Source of the DNA: Candidatus Bathyarchaeota archaeon | Lineage (GTDB): Archaea > Thermoproteota > Bathyarchaeia > Bathyarchaeales > Bathycorpusculaceae | Assembly (NCBI GenBank): GCA_963775465.1 | Contig: CAVZIW010000004.1 | Location: forward strand, 32,001 to 96,000 | Direction: 5' to 3' | DNA: 64,000 nucleotides | Shown here: piece by piece, positions 9,154-19,387 of the stretch | Layout: every line of letters starts with the position of its first letter | How positions within the stretch are numbered: position 1 is the stretch's first letter | Program-made: the position numbers and the translations under genes | Notes under the pieces: model-generated | Told to the model about the DNA's origin: nothing | Database searches by the model: none | The model's input: only the letters and a program-made list of their open reading frames with translations

Positions 9154-9355
9154 GAAGATTCACCTAAAAGAGTATGAGACTGACAGTTTAGCTGAAGATA
9201 TAAACGCATTCTTTGATCGCATGGTTGATATTGAAAGAATCAAAGTTGGAAATAGACAAACAATTGACACTCTAATTAGCGAAGAAGCGCTTCTATTTGG
9301 AAGATATCTGAGAAATGAAAAGAAAGAGTGGACGCCAAGGCTGGTAGTCCAATGA
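9146..9355 (+). pseudogene. cas1: C-terminal fragment of a stand-alone (casposase-like) Cas1
   Basis: GKKIHL...FFDRMVDIERIKVGNRQTIDTLISEEALLFGRYLRNEKKEWTPR matches the C-terminus I recall for archaeal solo Cas1; catalytic core absent. Confidence 0.6.
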
Positions 9356-9417
9356 CTACGATAAACAAATAGGATGGTGCTGGAATTCGATTTTCACCGT
9401 ATTCAATCATAATTTCC

Positions 9418-10325
9418 CTAATTGGAAGGTATTTTGGCTATTTCACATTTGATTTCTGAAATAAGTTCTGCCCTCGACTTTTCTCCCTCAGGTCTATTAT
9501 CGTCCCAAATTAGGTCTTGTTTTAGACATCTAATTGCTTTGTTGAAATAACGCTGAGCTTCCTTCCATTTTTTATGTTGTATGCAAACTTCTGCTCTCAG
9601 ACGAAAATTTTCATAGTGTCCCTTATCAAATTCTGTCAATATTCTGGATAATCTGTAAGCTTCTTGCATCTCTTTGTGAAGTCCATCTTTAACAAGAAGA
9701 TATAGCGAATACCTAATGGTATTTTGGAACTTTCTTCGAGTTGAATCGGACAAGACTCCCAAATTTGGATAATCGAAGTGGTAGACTCCTTTAATCCCTT
9801 TTCCTCCTTTATATAAAACTCGCGGAATGCCATAGAATGAGCTAAGTTGAACTGTATCTTGTTCAATAATGCGGAGAAAATCAGTGTTTGGGTCTGGTGC
9901 TTTTTTTAAGACCTGTGAACCATCAACCCTTAATGAATGCTCTTGACTCCTTTTTCCAGTTGCTTACTCCATTTTTCTCGATTAGCTTGCGCGGAAATCC
10001 AATGGCAGATATCATTTTGTAGGTCATATACGACAATATATACTGGATAGAATTGACTAAGCCAAAATGCTATGGCGTCTCGACTGATTTTCCTTCTCCA
10101 ATGTGAAGTGAATCGAGCAGGTGTTTTCACTTCAACAAAAAAAATTTCGTTCGAAGGCTTGTTTTCTTTATACAATCTGCAAATATAATCAATCGCGTAT
10201 TCTGATAGACGGATGGGACTTGAGACCTGAGCAATGGGTTTCAAAACGACCTCTGTTGCAGATTCGCCTACTCCAGCGTTCCTTTGGTCTAAAGGAATTC
10301 CTTTGTTTTGAGATATCTTAGCCAA
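9418..10325 (-). pseudogene. DUF4365-like PD-(D/E)XK nuclease with helical/TPR-like C-terminus, single frameshift at ~9935
   Basis: AIDYICRL...FFVEVKT...FWLSQFYPVYIVVYD; a one-base shift at ~9935 gives an open frame (LRVDGSQVLKK...YPNLGVLSD) into ORF 9418-9762. Confidence 0.65.
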
Positions 10326-10500
10326 GCCTTCTCTTTTCTAAAAATGGGACGCAACTATCACGCTTATAGCTTTATAACTTCCAGATAAAACTTTGGCTAT
10401 TTTTAAAAAACGCGTTGTTTGTTTGTCTTGTCTGGTTGTCAAGACTGGGCGCTTCATAAAAAGCCCTAAACTATATCTTCCTAATTTCTTTCAACTTGCC

Positions 10501-10620
10501 TTATATCAAGTTAAAAAGAAATTTCAAAGCAGCAACAAGAATTATTATTAATACAACTACTACAATAGCATACCAGAGCCACCCAGCTAAACCAGCTTTT
10601 AAGTTACGCAAAAACCTCAT
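10501..10620 (-). CDS. Single-TM microprotein (39 aa)
   Basis: MRFLRNLKAGLAGWLWYAIVVVVLIIILVAALKFLFNLI; SD GGGGTGA upstream. Confidence 0.6.
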   Translation of the reverse strand: MRFLRNLKAGLAGWLWYAIVVVVLIIILVAALKFLFNLI

Positions 10621-10876
10621 TTGTCCAATCACCCCTTCTATAACTGACCCATTGTCTACTTAACGATATGTGACTGTGGAACAACAACTACAACCACGCG
10701 CGGGCTGAAACAGACTGGCTTACAGGTTGATAGACAGTGACTGACAGATAGACACATTATTTACGAATAGTGTTTGTTGCTGCGGGTGCTTAAGGGTTAG
10801 TAGTATAGTAAGAGTATTTTATAAATTGAGAGAAAGAGTAAAATTTAATTAAAAAAATCAGACAATTCTCTGTCTT

Positions 10877-11158
10877 TTACTGTGTTTTGTACTCCTTGAG
10901 ATTTTCTAATTCTTCAAGAGATTTGTAGACCGTTATTACATCGCCGATGTGCCTAACGACATTCGTAGGCAAAGACACTGTTATTGAACCCATCATAGGT
11001 TTCTTAAATCCAAGAGCTTCACAAGCTTCTTTGGTAAGCTCTACTTGTAAATATTTTAGATGCCACGAGATTGTTTCAACGTCGGAATTCTCGACTTCGC
11101 CAAGAGTAAAAGCATCAGAAGTAATTACCTTCATCCCATTCAATCTACTAACTTTCAT
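10877..11158 (-). CDS. PRC-barrel domain protein
   Basis: LNGMKVITSDAFTLGEVENSDVE...W...VVRHIGDVITV. Confidence 0.8.
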   Translation of the reverse strand: MKVSRLNGMKVITSDAFTLGEVENSDVETISWHLKYLQVELTKEACEALGFKKPMMGSITVSLPTNVVRHIGDVITVYKSLEELENLKEYKTQ

Positions 11159-11270
11159 TCAAAACCACCAAAAATAAGGTCCTCAAGAGACTATTTGAAC
11201 GTTATTAAAACTCGAATCGTTCCAACAAGCCATTTAGCGTAATCGCAGGTTTAAAAAAAGAAAAATCTGG

Positions 11271-11432
11271 TTATTTCCAGAGCTTTTTGCCCGTCAACAG
11301 CCAAACTACAATCAAGATTACAGCTATCACTAGCAGAATATGTATCAATGACCCGACGCCTGGCAAAGCAAAAAAACCAACCAACCAAAGAACCACAAGA
11401 ATAAGAACAATAGCTACTATAGTGTTTATCAA
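11271..11432 (-). CDS. lmo0937/DUF5670-family small membrane protein (53 aa, TTG start)
   Basis: IVLILVVLWLVGFFALPGVGSLIHILLVIAVILIVVWLLTGKK (hand translation). Confidence 0.8.
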   Translation of the reverse strand: MINTIVAIVLILVVLWLVGFFALPGVGSLIHILLVIAVILIVVWLLTGKKLWK

Positions 11433-11516
11433 ATATCCCTTCTATCCAAAAAGGTATGTTCCTAATGGCGCTTAAGCCTATGTGACTGTATGACCACAAC
11501 CACACACGCATAATAG

Positions 11517-11882
11517 TTGATTTCAACAACCTTAAGCAAGTTAGAGGTATATATTTTGGGTGCCATAGAAGAAGTAATCAATTTTATCACTGCTGGAAGC
11601 ATAGGTGGTTTACCACCAATTGTTCTAATGATTATTCCATTTATCATCGGACTTATCGTTGGCTATATTGCCCACAAAATGTTGAAAATAGCAATTATTG
11701 CAGCCATAATACTTGTTGTAGTTGCTTATTTTGGGTTTTTCGGTTTAAGCCTTGGCGCATTAAGTAACATTGCAGAAACATACGGCCCCATAGCAATACA
11801 ATATGGAACCCTGCTAATGGGCATCCTTCCATTAGGCATAGGACTCATTGTCGGCTTCATCATCGGTTTCGTATTCTCTTAA
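11517..11882 (+). CDS. Small membrane protein, FUN14-like
   Basis: FIIGLIVGYIAHKMLKIAII...; about three TM helices. Confidence 0.6.
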   Translation: MISTTLSKLEVYILGAIEEVINFITAGSIGGLPPIVLMIIPFIIGLIVGYIAHKMLKIAIIAAIILVVVAYFGFFGLSLGALSNIAETYGPIAIQYGTLLMGILPLGIGLIVGFIIGFVFS

Positions 11883-11906
11883 GAAACATGTTCTTTCTGA
11901 TGAAAT

Positions 11907-13007
11907 TTGGCAAAACCGATGAACAAAGCTAAAATCAAATCAAGTTTTTTTAGAGCAAAGACCGCCAAAATTCGAGAGGACACAGAAATAAAGCGTGAAT
12001 CCATCTATTCAACAGTTGAAGAGAATGCCAGCAGACATTACCAGAATACGTTCAAGTTAGGTCTAAGATTAAGTCGCGGATTATTTTCAAACTTGGTTGG
12101 TGTTAGGGTTCCGCTGTTTTGTGGTCATAAATTAACTTACAATTGTAACCTTAAATGTAAAATGTGTCCTTTCTGGAAAAGACCCAATATAGATTTGAGT
12201 ACGGAGAATGAAAAAGCAGTTCTTAGACAGATTTATGATTCAGGTGCTTGTGCAATCGCGTTTGAAGGCGGAGAGCCACTTCTAAGAAAAGATTTGGGCG
12301 AAATTCTTGCTTTCTCTAAATCTTTACCTCTGCAAACAAGCTTGATAACTAATGGTACTCTTCTTGAATCAAAAATAGATGAGGTAGCCCAATACATCAA
12401 TGGCGCAATCTACGTTTCGTTAGATGGTCTGGAGAAAACTCATGAATCAATCAGGGGCGTTAGTGGTTGTTTTAAAAAAGCGATTCAAGGCATAATTGCA
12501 GCGTCCAAAAAGGTCTCTGTGATAATCAACACTACAATAATGGCTGAGAATGTTGATGAGATTGAAGAATTAGTGAGGTTGGCAAAGGATTTGGATGTAA
12601 AAATATCCTTGGCAGTTGCTCATGAGTACTTTGAGGCAGAAGCAGCTTCTCCTGTTAATCTTGAAATTAGAAATATAGCTGAAAAACTTGTTGAGCTAAA
12701 GAAGAATGGTTATCCTCTTATGAATTCAATCAGCTATTTTAAAGTCATCGCAAAACAGAAAAAATGGACTTGCAAACCTTGGCTGACAATCAATGTAAGC
12801 CCTGATGGATCCTTGGTTTTACCCTGTTATGTTCGGAATGGATATGCGAAGACTGTTTCAGTTCTTGAAACCAGTATCAAAACTGCGATTTCTGAGTATA
12901 ACTGGAAGAAAACACGGAAGTGCCATGATTGCACCCTGCATTGTTATGTTGAGCCATCTCTTGCTCTTTCCTATGATTTTGGAGCCTTTTTGAATTGGGC
13001 ATTATGA
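11907..13007 (+). CDS. Radical SAM protein, PTO1314-like family with C-terminal auxiliary Cys motifs
   Basis: CNLKCKMC, FEGGEPLL, ITNG, SLDG; C-terminal CKPW...PCY...CHDCTLHC; true start may be downstream. Confidence 0.8.
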   Translation: MAKPMNKAKIKSSFFRAKTAKIREDTEIKRESIYSTVEENASRHYQNTFKLGLRLSRGLFSNLVGVRVPLFCGHKLTYNCNLKCKMCPFWKRPNIDLSTENEKAVLRQIYDSGACAIAFEGGEPLLRKDLGEILAFSKSLPLQTSLITNGTLLESKIDEVAQYINGAIYVSLDGLEKTHESIRGVSGCFKKAIQGIIAASKKVSVIINTTIMAENVDEIEELVRLAKDLDVKISLAVAHEYFEAEAASPVNLEIRNIAEKLVELKKNGYPLMNSISYFKVIAKQKKWTCKPWLTINVSPDGSLVLPCYVRNGYAKTVSVLETSIKTAISEYNWKKTRKCHDCTLHCYVEPSLALSYDFGAFLNWAL

Positions 13008-13250
13008 TAAAGATTACAGAACGTCCAGCTTAGCTTATTAATTATTTAGTTTACAGGAGCAAAGTTCTGGTTTTGTACTATCCAGGTTTGTTTTATTTTG
13101 TGTTTTTGTAAGTGACCCCGTAACTTAGACACATTGACAGACAGACATTATTCACAAATGTGGATGCCAGAGTGGGAGTAAGTAGTCATATGGGTTTGAG
13201 TTCGAGAGTAAAGTGAGAAAAGCTAAAATTTTATCAAACCACCATTTCTG

Positions 13251-14447
13251 TTATTGGTTCAATGGAAGGTCAATATTAAACCGTGTTCCTTTTCCTATCT
13301 CGCTCTCAAAAGTCACGTTGCCTTTCAATGCTTCAGTCAATTTTTTAACGACTGCCAACCCAAAACCTTGACCCTTTGGTTTCGTAGTTACCAAGGGCAT
13401 GAAGATTTTATCTCTTACCTCAAATGGTATACCTTGCCCTGTGTCCTCAACGCTCAGGAGCGCTTTATCTTTTGTACGTTTCACCTTCACGGATAATGTT
13501 CCACCATTTGCCATAGCTTGTATTGCGTTAGAAACCAGATTTGTGAGTATTCGCTTCATATATACACGGTCAGTTATGAGCGCCAGAGAACCCTCTTCGA
13601 GTACAAGAGAAATTTGTATTGCTTCAGGAATAATCATACCTGATATTGCTTCGTTTATGATTTTTTCTAATGCGACATTCTCTAAGGTTGGGTTTGGAGT
13701 TTTAGCAAAGTCTTGCAGGTCAGCAACTATTTTGTCTATGTAAGACATGTTTTCTTCGATATTGTCAATGCTTTCCTTGATACTGTTTTTGTCTTCACTT
13801 TCAGGTAAATGGTCAATATCCTTTTTTGCCAAGTATGTTTCGTTCCATATTGCTTGTAGGGGGTTTCTAATGTCATGCCCAATCATGCCTGCGGTTTGTC
13901 CAATTGCCGAGAGTCTTTCAGCATCCTTAAGTTGTTTAACCTGTTGTGAAACAAGCTTTTCCAAATGCTTCATGTGTAAGTCGAGTTTATCTTCAAGGTC
14001 TCTCTTTTCTGAAATGTCTTCGAAAATAGCAACTGATCCAATGATTTTGCCATCAGTACCAATCAAGGGAGCCGATGTTGAAGAAACAAGTATTCTTGAA
14101 CCATCAGGTCTCTCGATTATTGATTCATCGTTGAAGATTTTTTTCACCTTTCAAAGCGCGGTTTGCTGGAAGTTTTTCAGGGGGTAGATTTCGCCATTTG
14201 GTTTGAGCAGTTTCATCATTTTTGATGAGTGGTTGTGGGTTTCAAGTTCTAGGGGGTTAACACCATAAAGCTCTATGGCGCGGTCATTAGCGAATGTTAT
14301 TTTTCCATACGGACTTTCAAGAATGATTATTCCCACGGGAACAAGTTTCAAAATTGAATATATTCCAGTTCCAGCAAATTCGCCATTAAGCTTGTTGGGC
14401 ACAATATCCCCTAACGATGTTGTTTTAACAAATAGGTTTATTCTCAC
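13251..14447 (-). pseudogene. PAS-domain sensor histidine kinase interrupted by an in-frame TGA (14151-14153)
   Basis: H-box GHDIRNPL, N-box NLVSNAIQA, G1 EDTGQG, G2 GQGFGL; the upstream PAS ORF is in the same frame. Confidence 0.8.
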
Positions 14448-14690
14448 ATATATTTTTTTTGTAAATTGAGCAAATTTAAAACTTCTTTTTCTATTTTTAA
14501 CACAATCCTTTCTTTCTGGGTTTTTTAATTGTACTGCAAAAACAGAGTCCTTGCGTGCAGAGGGAGGTGCCTTGGAACAGTGGTATCCGTTACGAGAGGT
14601 GTTTTTGCTTTTCTAATTCAGCCTGTTTGTTTGTCTTCTTGTCTTGTGTGTGTGAGAGAGAGAGAAAGACTAAAATTTAATGAAGAAAAG

Positions 14691-14837
14691 CTATTTTGCC
14701 TCAACTTCGTCCTTCTTCTTGGCTTTAAAATGAGGGCAAGCTGACTCTTTGGGGTTTACATTAGTGAAATGAAAATATCTACAGGTTCCTTTATTAAAAT
14801 TGGTGCAATCTCCATGCTTGTATTTGTAAAAATCCAT
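14691..14837 (-). CDS. Small Cys/His-rich protein
   Basis: HGDCTNF...CRYF...ACPHF. Confidence 0.55.
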   Translation of the reverse strand: MDFYKYKHGDCTNFNKGTCRYFHFTNVNPKESACPHFKAKKKDEVEAK

Positions 14838-15058
14838 CCTTGGAGCGCCACTTTGAATTCGTTGGATGGCTTTTCGCAACAAACTTATTCTTTTCACCTT
14901 CAGTAATTTTAGTACATTTTAAGATAAGGAGATATTTACCTCTTCGTCTTTCTCTCTTTTAACTATTACTTCTTTTGTTCAATTCTATACTGCTGAATTT
15001 TTCTGCAACAATACTAATAGAACGGTATGCAATGAAAAAAGGGACGGTTCTGATCGTA

Positions 15059-15925
15059 TTACTCATGGCTATTTTCATTTTTTGTTAGGAACCGAAGGAA
15101 TGGTCGGAGTTTTGTTGGGCTTACAAAGAAGGCAGGAACTTTTTTACGGTAGTCGCTATATGAGTTGCCAAATCGTTTGATTAGTTCTCTTTCTTCGATG
15201 AAACGAATGTGAATGTAAAATGCGCCTAAAAAGACCAGGTATGCTAAAAAGGAAAAACCGGTGAAAATGAAGAAAGTTCCTCCTAGACCTATTATGAGAG
15301 CTCCAGCGTATGTTGGGTGGCGAAGAACTGAGTAAATCTCGTTTTTTTGTATCTTGCTCTCCTCTGGGAAATAAAGGTACAAAACGACCATGTAATCAAT
15401 CCCAAAAACCTGAATCGCTCGAATAACCATCAGTAATCCTGTCAATAACAGAATCACCGCTACCGTGTATCTAATAATTAGAATCGCTGGCGCTGCAATT
15501 CCGATGTAGGTTTCAATTGGCGTTGCTAGAAATTTTAGAGGCGAGTTTGACCAAAAAGTTGGAGCGAACAAGTAATAGGGGATATATTGGTTGATCGCAC
15601 CGGTCAAAATCCAAACGACCCCTCCGAATCCGACAAAAAATATACGTTGGTAAGATGTTTGTCCATACTTCACCTTTAGGCGATTTCGCCAAAACCACAT
15701 TTGCCATACCAGAATAAATCCGATACTTATAACCAAAATTACACCGAACAATGGATAAAGTGCCGCTAATACAACTGAAGAAATCGAAGGCAGAGAATCA
15801 AAAGTAATGTAGGTAAAAAAGGCAACTGCAGCCATTAACAATACAAAGATTGGTAGAATCACAATCTTTTTGCCTGAAAGGATAGGGATTTTTTGTCTAA
15901 ACTTATCTAACCCTTTTAGGGGCAC
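15059..15925 (-). CDS. ICMT/PEMT-family membrane methyltransferase
   Basis: IYSVLRHPTYAG, EERELIKRFGNSYSDYRKKVPAF; multiple TM helices. Confidence 0.85.
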   Translation of the reverse strand: MPLKGLDKFRQKIPILSGKKIVILPIFVLLMAAVAFFTYITFDSLPSISSVVLAALYPLFGVILVISIGFILVWQMWFWRNRLKVKYGQTSYQRIFFVGFGGVVWILTGAINQYIPYYLFAPTFWSNSPLKFLATPIETYIGIAAPAILIIRYTVAVILLLTGLLMVIRAIQVFGIDYMVVLYLYFPEESKIQKNEIYSVLRHPTYAGALIIGLGGTFFIFTGFSFLAYLVFLGAFYIHIRFIEERELIKRFGNSYSDYRKKVPAFFVSPTKLRPFLRFLTKNENSHE

Positions 15926-16250
15926 TCTTAAACCTCAAAAAAATATTGCTGCGCGAGTATAACAAATTATCCTATATTAGCAGATTAGCATCGAGTTTTT
16001 TATTGTCACAACCATTTTCTAACTTCACTTTCTTAATTTACCATCATAGAACCCCAGCAAAAAATTAATGAATCAACCCATTTTGGCTTAGAATTGTTGT
16101 TGTAGCTGCACAATAACATAAACTAAAAGCCTTGTTTGCATATTTCTATAGATGTGTGCTCTTAGAATAACTAAAAGATCACATTAAACATCAAGCATAA
16201 TGTTAGCAATACCAATATCACTCAAGTAGATGTGTAAAGGAAGTTTTTTA

Positions 16251-16412
16251 ATGCCTGTACCCAAACCTAAGCCTGAAGAATCCGAGAGGGAATACATTTC
16301 CCGATGTGAAAAATTCATGCACGAAGAAAACAATAATAAACCTGAAGGTGAAAAACGCTCAAACCAACAGATCAGCGCTATTTGTTATTCTACATGGCGC
16401 AAAAAAAGCTAA
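16251..16412 (+). CDS. Small protein of the MPxPKP-E-E-EYISRC...AICYSxW type
   Basis: MPVPKPKPEESEREYISRCEKFMHEE...QISAICYSTWRKKS. Confidence 0.7.
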   Translation: MPVPKPKPEESEREYISRCEKFMHEENNNKPEGEKRSNQQISAICYSTWRKKS

Positions 16413-16565
16413 GAGCGCACAAAAAAATTCCACAATTAACAGCAACAAATCATTGTGTAGCTACCTTTTTTGTTGTAGATGTAGTTTTTTTAACTCTATT
16501 GGGCTGCGAATTTTAAACTTTTTCTTCTTCCAGTCAATAATTAAACTAAGAAAGAAATTAACATG

Positions 16566-16901
16566 TTAGAGACGTAGATTACTTTGGGTTGCACTCAATT
16601 CCTTTAGGGTGCTTTGAAGGTTCTTCTTTATATCTCCGACGTAAAGCGCTCTGTTCTGTATCCCTTTCTGAACGGCCCCTGCCACAAGAAAACCCGCCCC
16701 GATGATTTCTCCGACTGGAGAAGGATCAGGAAACACGATACATGCCACTCCAATTTTTATCAGGTTCGACTTGTTGCCTTCACGCCACAGCTTTTTTGCT
16801 CTCGAGGTCTCTTTGGCTGTTGATTTGATTGCACTGCAGGTTTCTGCGTAGCATTCAGTTAGTGAATGCAGCGATTTAGCTGTAAGTTTTGCTTTTTCCA
16901 A
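16566..16901 (-). CDS. Hypothetical protein with central hydrophobic hairpin
   Basis: LIKIGVACIVFPDPSPVGEIIGAGFLVAG; GAGGT SD upstream. Confidence 0.65.
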   Translation of the reverse strand: MEKAKLTAKSLHSLTECYAETCSAIKSTAKETSRAKKLWREGNKSNLIKIGVACIVFPDPSPVGEIIGAGFLVAGAVQKGIQNRALYVGDIKKNLQSTLKELSATQSNLRL

Positions 16902-17318
16902 TAGTTGAACCTCAATGCACTATGTAGCGACAAAATAGAAAAGCTTTAGAAAAAAAACAGCCGTTTTTTCAGCCTGCTCGCGTTTCTAAAGGCGCCCCAG
17001 TGTTAACAAAGCAATAAATCCGCACGGAAAAAGCCAACCAGATTGAAACAATTATGCTAAATGCAAAAACAATACGGTTTATAAAGAAAAGAAACAAAGA
17101 AAGAAAACTTCTCATATTTCTGATTGTTTCTTGGAACTTTTAGCAATAAATTACTTTGCAGCAAACCTTTTTCAAAATACTTTAACTATAACAAAATTTT
17201 GTTAGCGTTTAAGCAAAAAGAATTTTAGAGTTAATTTCTTTCAAATGAAAACCAATTAATAGTTTAACTTTGACAAAAAGCATATAACTACACACTCTAC
17301 CTACATATTAGAGGTATT

Positions 17319-17609
17319 TTGTTGGATATTAAAAAAATTCAAGGGATGAAGGTAATAACTTCACAAGCCTACACTCTTGGAGAAGTGAAAGGATTTGAAA
17401 TTAACGTGCAAACGTGGGACATTACGCATCTTTATATAAAACTAACAGACGAAGCCGCAAACCAACTCGGATTTAAGAAAAGATTCCGAAGCTCCACCGT
17501 TTGTATGGCAGTGGGACTGATAAAAGCTGTAGGCGAATACGTAACAATAGACAAATCATTAACTGAAATAGAAAACTCCCCAGACATAACAGCATGTAAA
17601 AAAAAATAG
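17319..17609 (+). CDS. PRC-barrel domain protein
   Basis: IQGMKVITSQAYTLGEV...IKAVGEYVTI; clear paralogue of 10877-11158. Confidence 0.8.
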   Translation: MLDIKKIQGMKVITSQAYTLGEVKGFEINVQTWDITHLYIKLTDEAANQLGFKKRFRSSTVCMAVGLIKAVGEYVTIDKSLTEIENSPDITACKKK

Positions 17610-17679
17610 CAATTGTGAAGATATGAATTTGCAGTAGATAAATCTTATAAAGTAATCTCTTGCTAAATTTATCAACTAC

Positions 17680-17982
17680 ATGGAGGTATATTTAGTGAAA
17701 ATAGACGCGGTTATAGGTAAATACATATTTGCTCAGGACGATTTCTTCTTAGGAAAAATCAAAAATATTGTTTTAGATCCACATGGATGGAAAGTTAGCC
17801 ACCTTGAAGTTGAAATAGACAAGGATGCAGCTAAGGAACTATTTGGAACAAAAAAATCATTCTTAAACAACCTAGCTATTTCCGCAGTTAAAGATGGAGA
17901 AAGAGGCATCTCAGACAGAGGAATAGAGCTCCAAGTCACAAAGGGACAACTCAACATATACCTAAGACCCACATCACAATAG
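17680..17982 (+). CDS. PRC-barrel domain protein
   Basis: VIGKYIFAQDDFFLGKIKNIVLDPHGWKVSHLEV. Confidence 0.7.
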   Translation: MEVYLVKIDAVIGKYIFAQDDFFLGKIKNIVLDPHGWKVSHLEVEIDKDAAKELFGTKKSFLNNLAISAVKDGERGISDRGIELQVTKGQLNIYLRPTSQ

Positions 17983-18125
17983 ATCCTCAGAATCTATTGA
18001 ATAACTACCTTTTATTTTCCTTTAAGAAGACTTACACCTTATTTCTCTGCAAAAGAGTTATACCAATTCATTTTCAACTTAATTAAGACACATAAATATA
18101 CTCAGTTTTATTTTATTGTTACACG

Positions 18126-18944
18126 ATGCAAGCTTTTAAAAGCCATAAAATAGCTATAATTGCGGTGTTTTTAGCAGCTATAATAATTGTTTCAGCTTTC
18201 GTCGTCCAGAATTATTCTAGACCTTCACCAATAACATCACCGTCACCTTCGCCAACACCAACTCAAAACCCGACACAGACCCCTAGCATACCTCCTACGC
18301 CTACAGTTTCGTCTTTCCCTACGTCACCGCCTAATAACTTCAGTCCTTTCCCCTTCATAACGCCGGGTCCCACGCTCAACACTACTCGTTACTTAGGAGA
18401 AATTACTCAATATCAAGGCATAGCCCTCTCGCCGATTAACGCTGTCTACCAAAACGCCATTGCAGGATTACAGTACATAGACCAGACAACATACCGCTTA
18501 ACCGTCACCGGTCTAGTCCAAAATACATTGAACTATACTTATGATCAAGTAGTAAATGACCACCAAACAATCCCAAAAGTGGTGACAATTCTCTGCGTCG
18601 AGGGATGGAGTGCAACTCTTCTCTGGGAAGGCATCAGTGTAAATGATCTCCTAACAGAAGCAGAAATCAACCCGGAGACATCTGTTATTATTTTCCACGC
18701 ATCTGACGGCTATTCCACTGCACTTCCACTAAACTACATCGTTCAAAATAACATAATCATAGCATATAAAATGAACAACGTAACGTTAACCTCTGAAATC
18801 GGTTGGCCGTTCATGTTGGTTGGTCAGAATGAGTATGGGTACAAGTGGATCAAATGGTTAACTGCGATTGAAGTTTCAAACGATACAAACTACCTTGGAT
18901 ATTGGGAGATTCGAGGTTACCCCAACGACGCAACAATACCTTAA
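18126..18944 (+). CDS. Membrane-anchored molybdopterin oxidoreductase (sulfite-oxidase/MsrP-like domain)
   Basis: LTVTGLV, CVEGWS, DGYSTALP, GYKWIKWL, GYWE; N-terminal TM and Pro/Thr linker. Confidence 0.85.
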   Translation: MQAFKSHKIAIIAVFLAAIIIVSAFVVQNYSRPSPITSPSPSPTPTQNPTQTPSIPPTPTVSSFPTSPPNNFSPFPFITPGPTLNTTRYLGEITQYQGIALSPINAVYQNAIAGLQYIDQTTYRLTVTGLVQNTLNYTYDQVVNDHQTIPKVVTILCVEGWSATLLWEGISVNDLLTEAEINPETSVIIFHASDGYSTALPLNYIVQNNIIIAYKMNNVTLTSEIGWPFMLVGQNEYGYKWIKWLTAIEVSNDTNYLGYWEIRGYPNDATIP

Positions 18945-19193
18945 AACTAAGATTGCTTGCGTTTTTTCCTCTTTAACTGAAGTAAACTCTATAAATAGTA
19001 TAAAATACAAAAGAGTTTGAATATAACCTTAAGTAGCAACATCAAAACCTTGTCTTAGTATGGACAACCGACAGTTTTTTGTTTATAGTCATTGGAAAAC
19101 GATCTAAACAATGTCCTGTTTATGCTTTCTTTTAGTCGAAATTACCTATAAGATAGATTTGCAAGTTGTTTTGCTTCTCCGAGGTTAACCAAA

Positions 19194-19361
19194 ATGTTCA
19201 CATCTATAATAATTGAATGTCAAACTCAAACAAACAGTGTATGTTGCGAATACTGCGTAAACAAGAAAGAGTGCCTGCTTCGATCCGAATTAAACAATAA
19301 AACAGCCAAAACAAGTTTTCCGATGGAAAGTGTACGACTTATAATGTTGCACCACGTTTAG
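19194..19361 (+). CDS. Small Cys-rich protein (55 aa)
   Basis: GAGGT SD; MFTSIIIECQTQTNSVCCEYCVNKKEC... Confidence 0.45.
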   Translation: MFTSIIIECQTQTNSVCCEYCVNKKECLLRSELNNKTAKTSFPMESVRLIMLHHV

Positions 19362-19387
19362 AAACAAAAAAGTCGCCTAGCAAGCTG

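Noticed and set aside
7900-10800. CRISPR array near the Cas1 fragment
   Set aside because: No regularly spaced direct repeats found anywhere in the window.
14151-14153. In-frame TGA in the histidine kinase as selenocysteine or readthrough
   Set aside because: The conserved PAS motif is in another frame between two homopolymer runs; compensating indels explain it better.
16969-17115. 48-codon hydrophobic ORF on the minus strand
   Set aside because: T-rich DNA yields hydrophobic ORFs by chance; no SD or motif.
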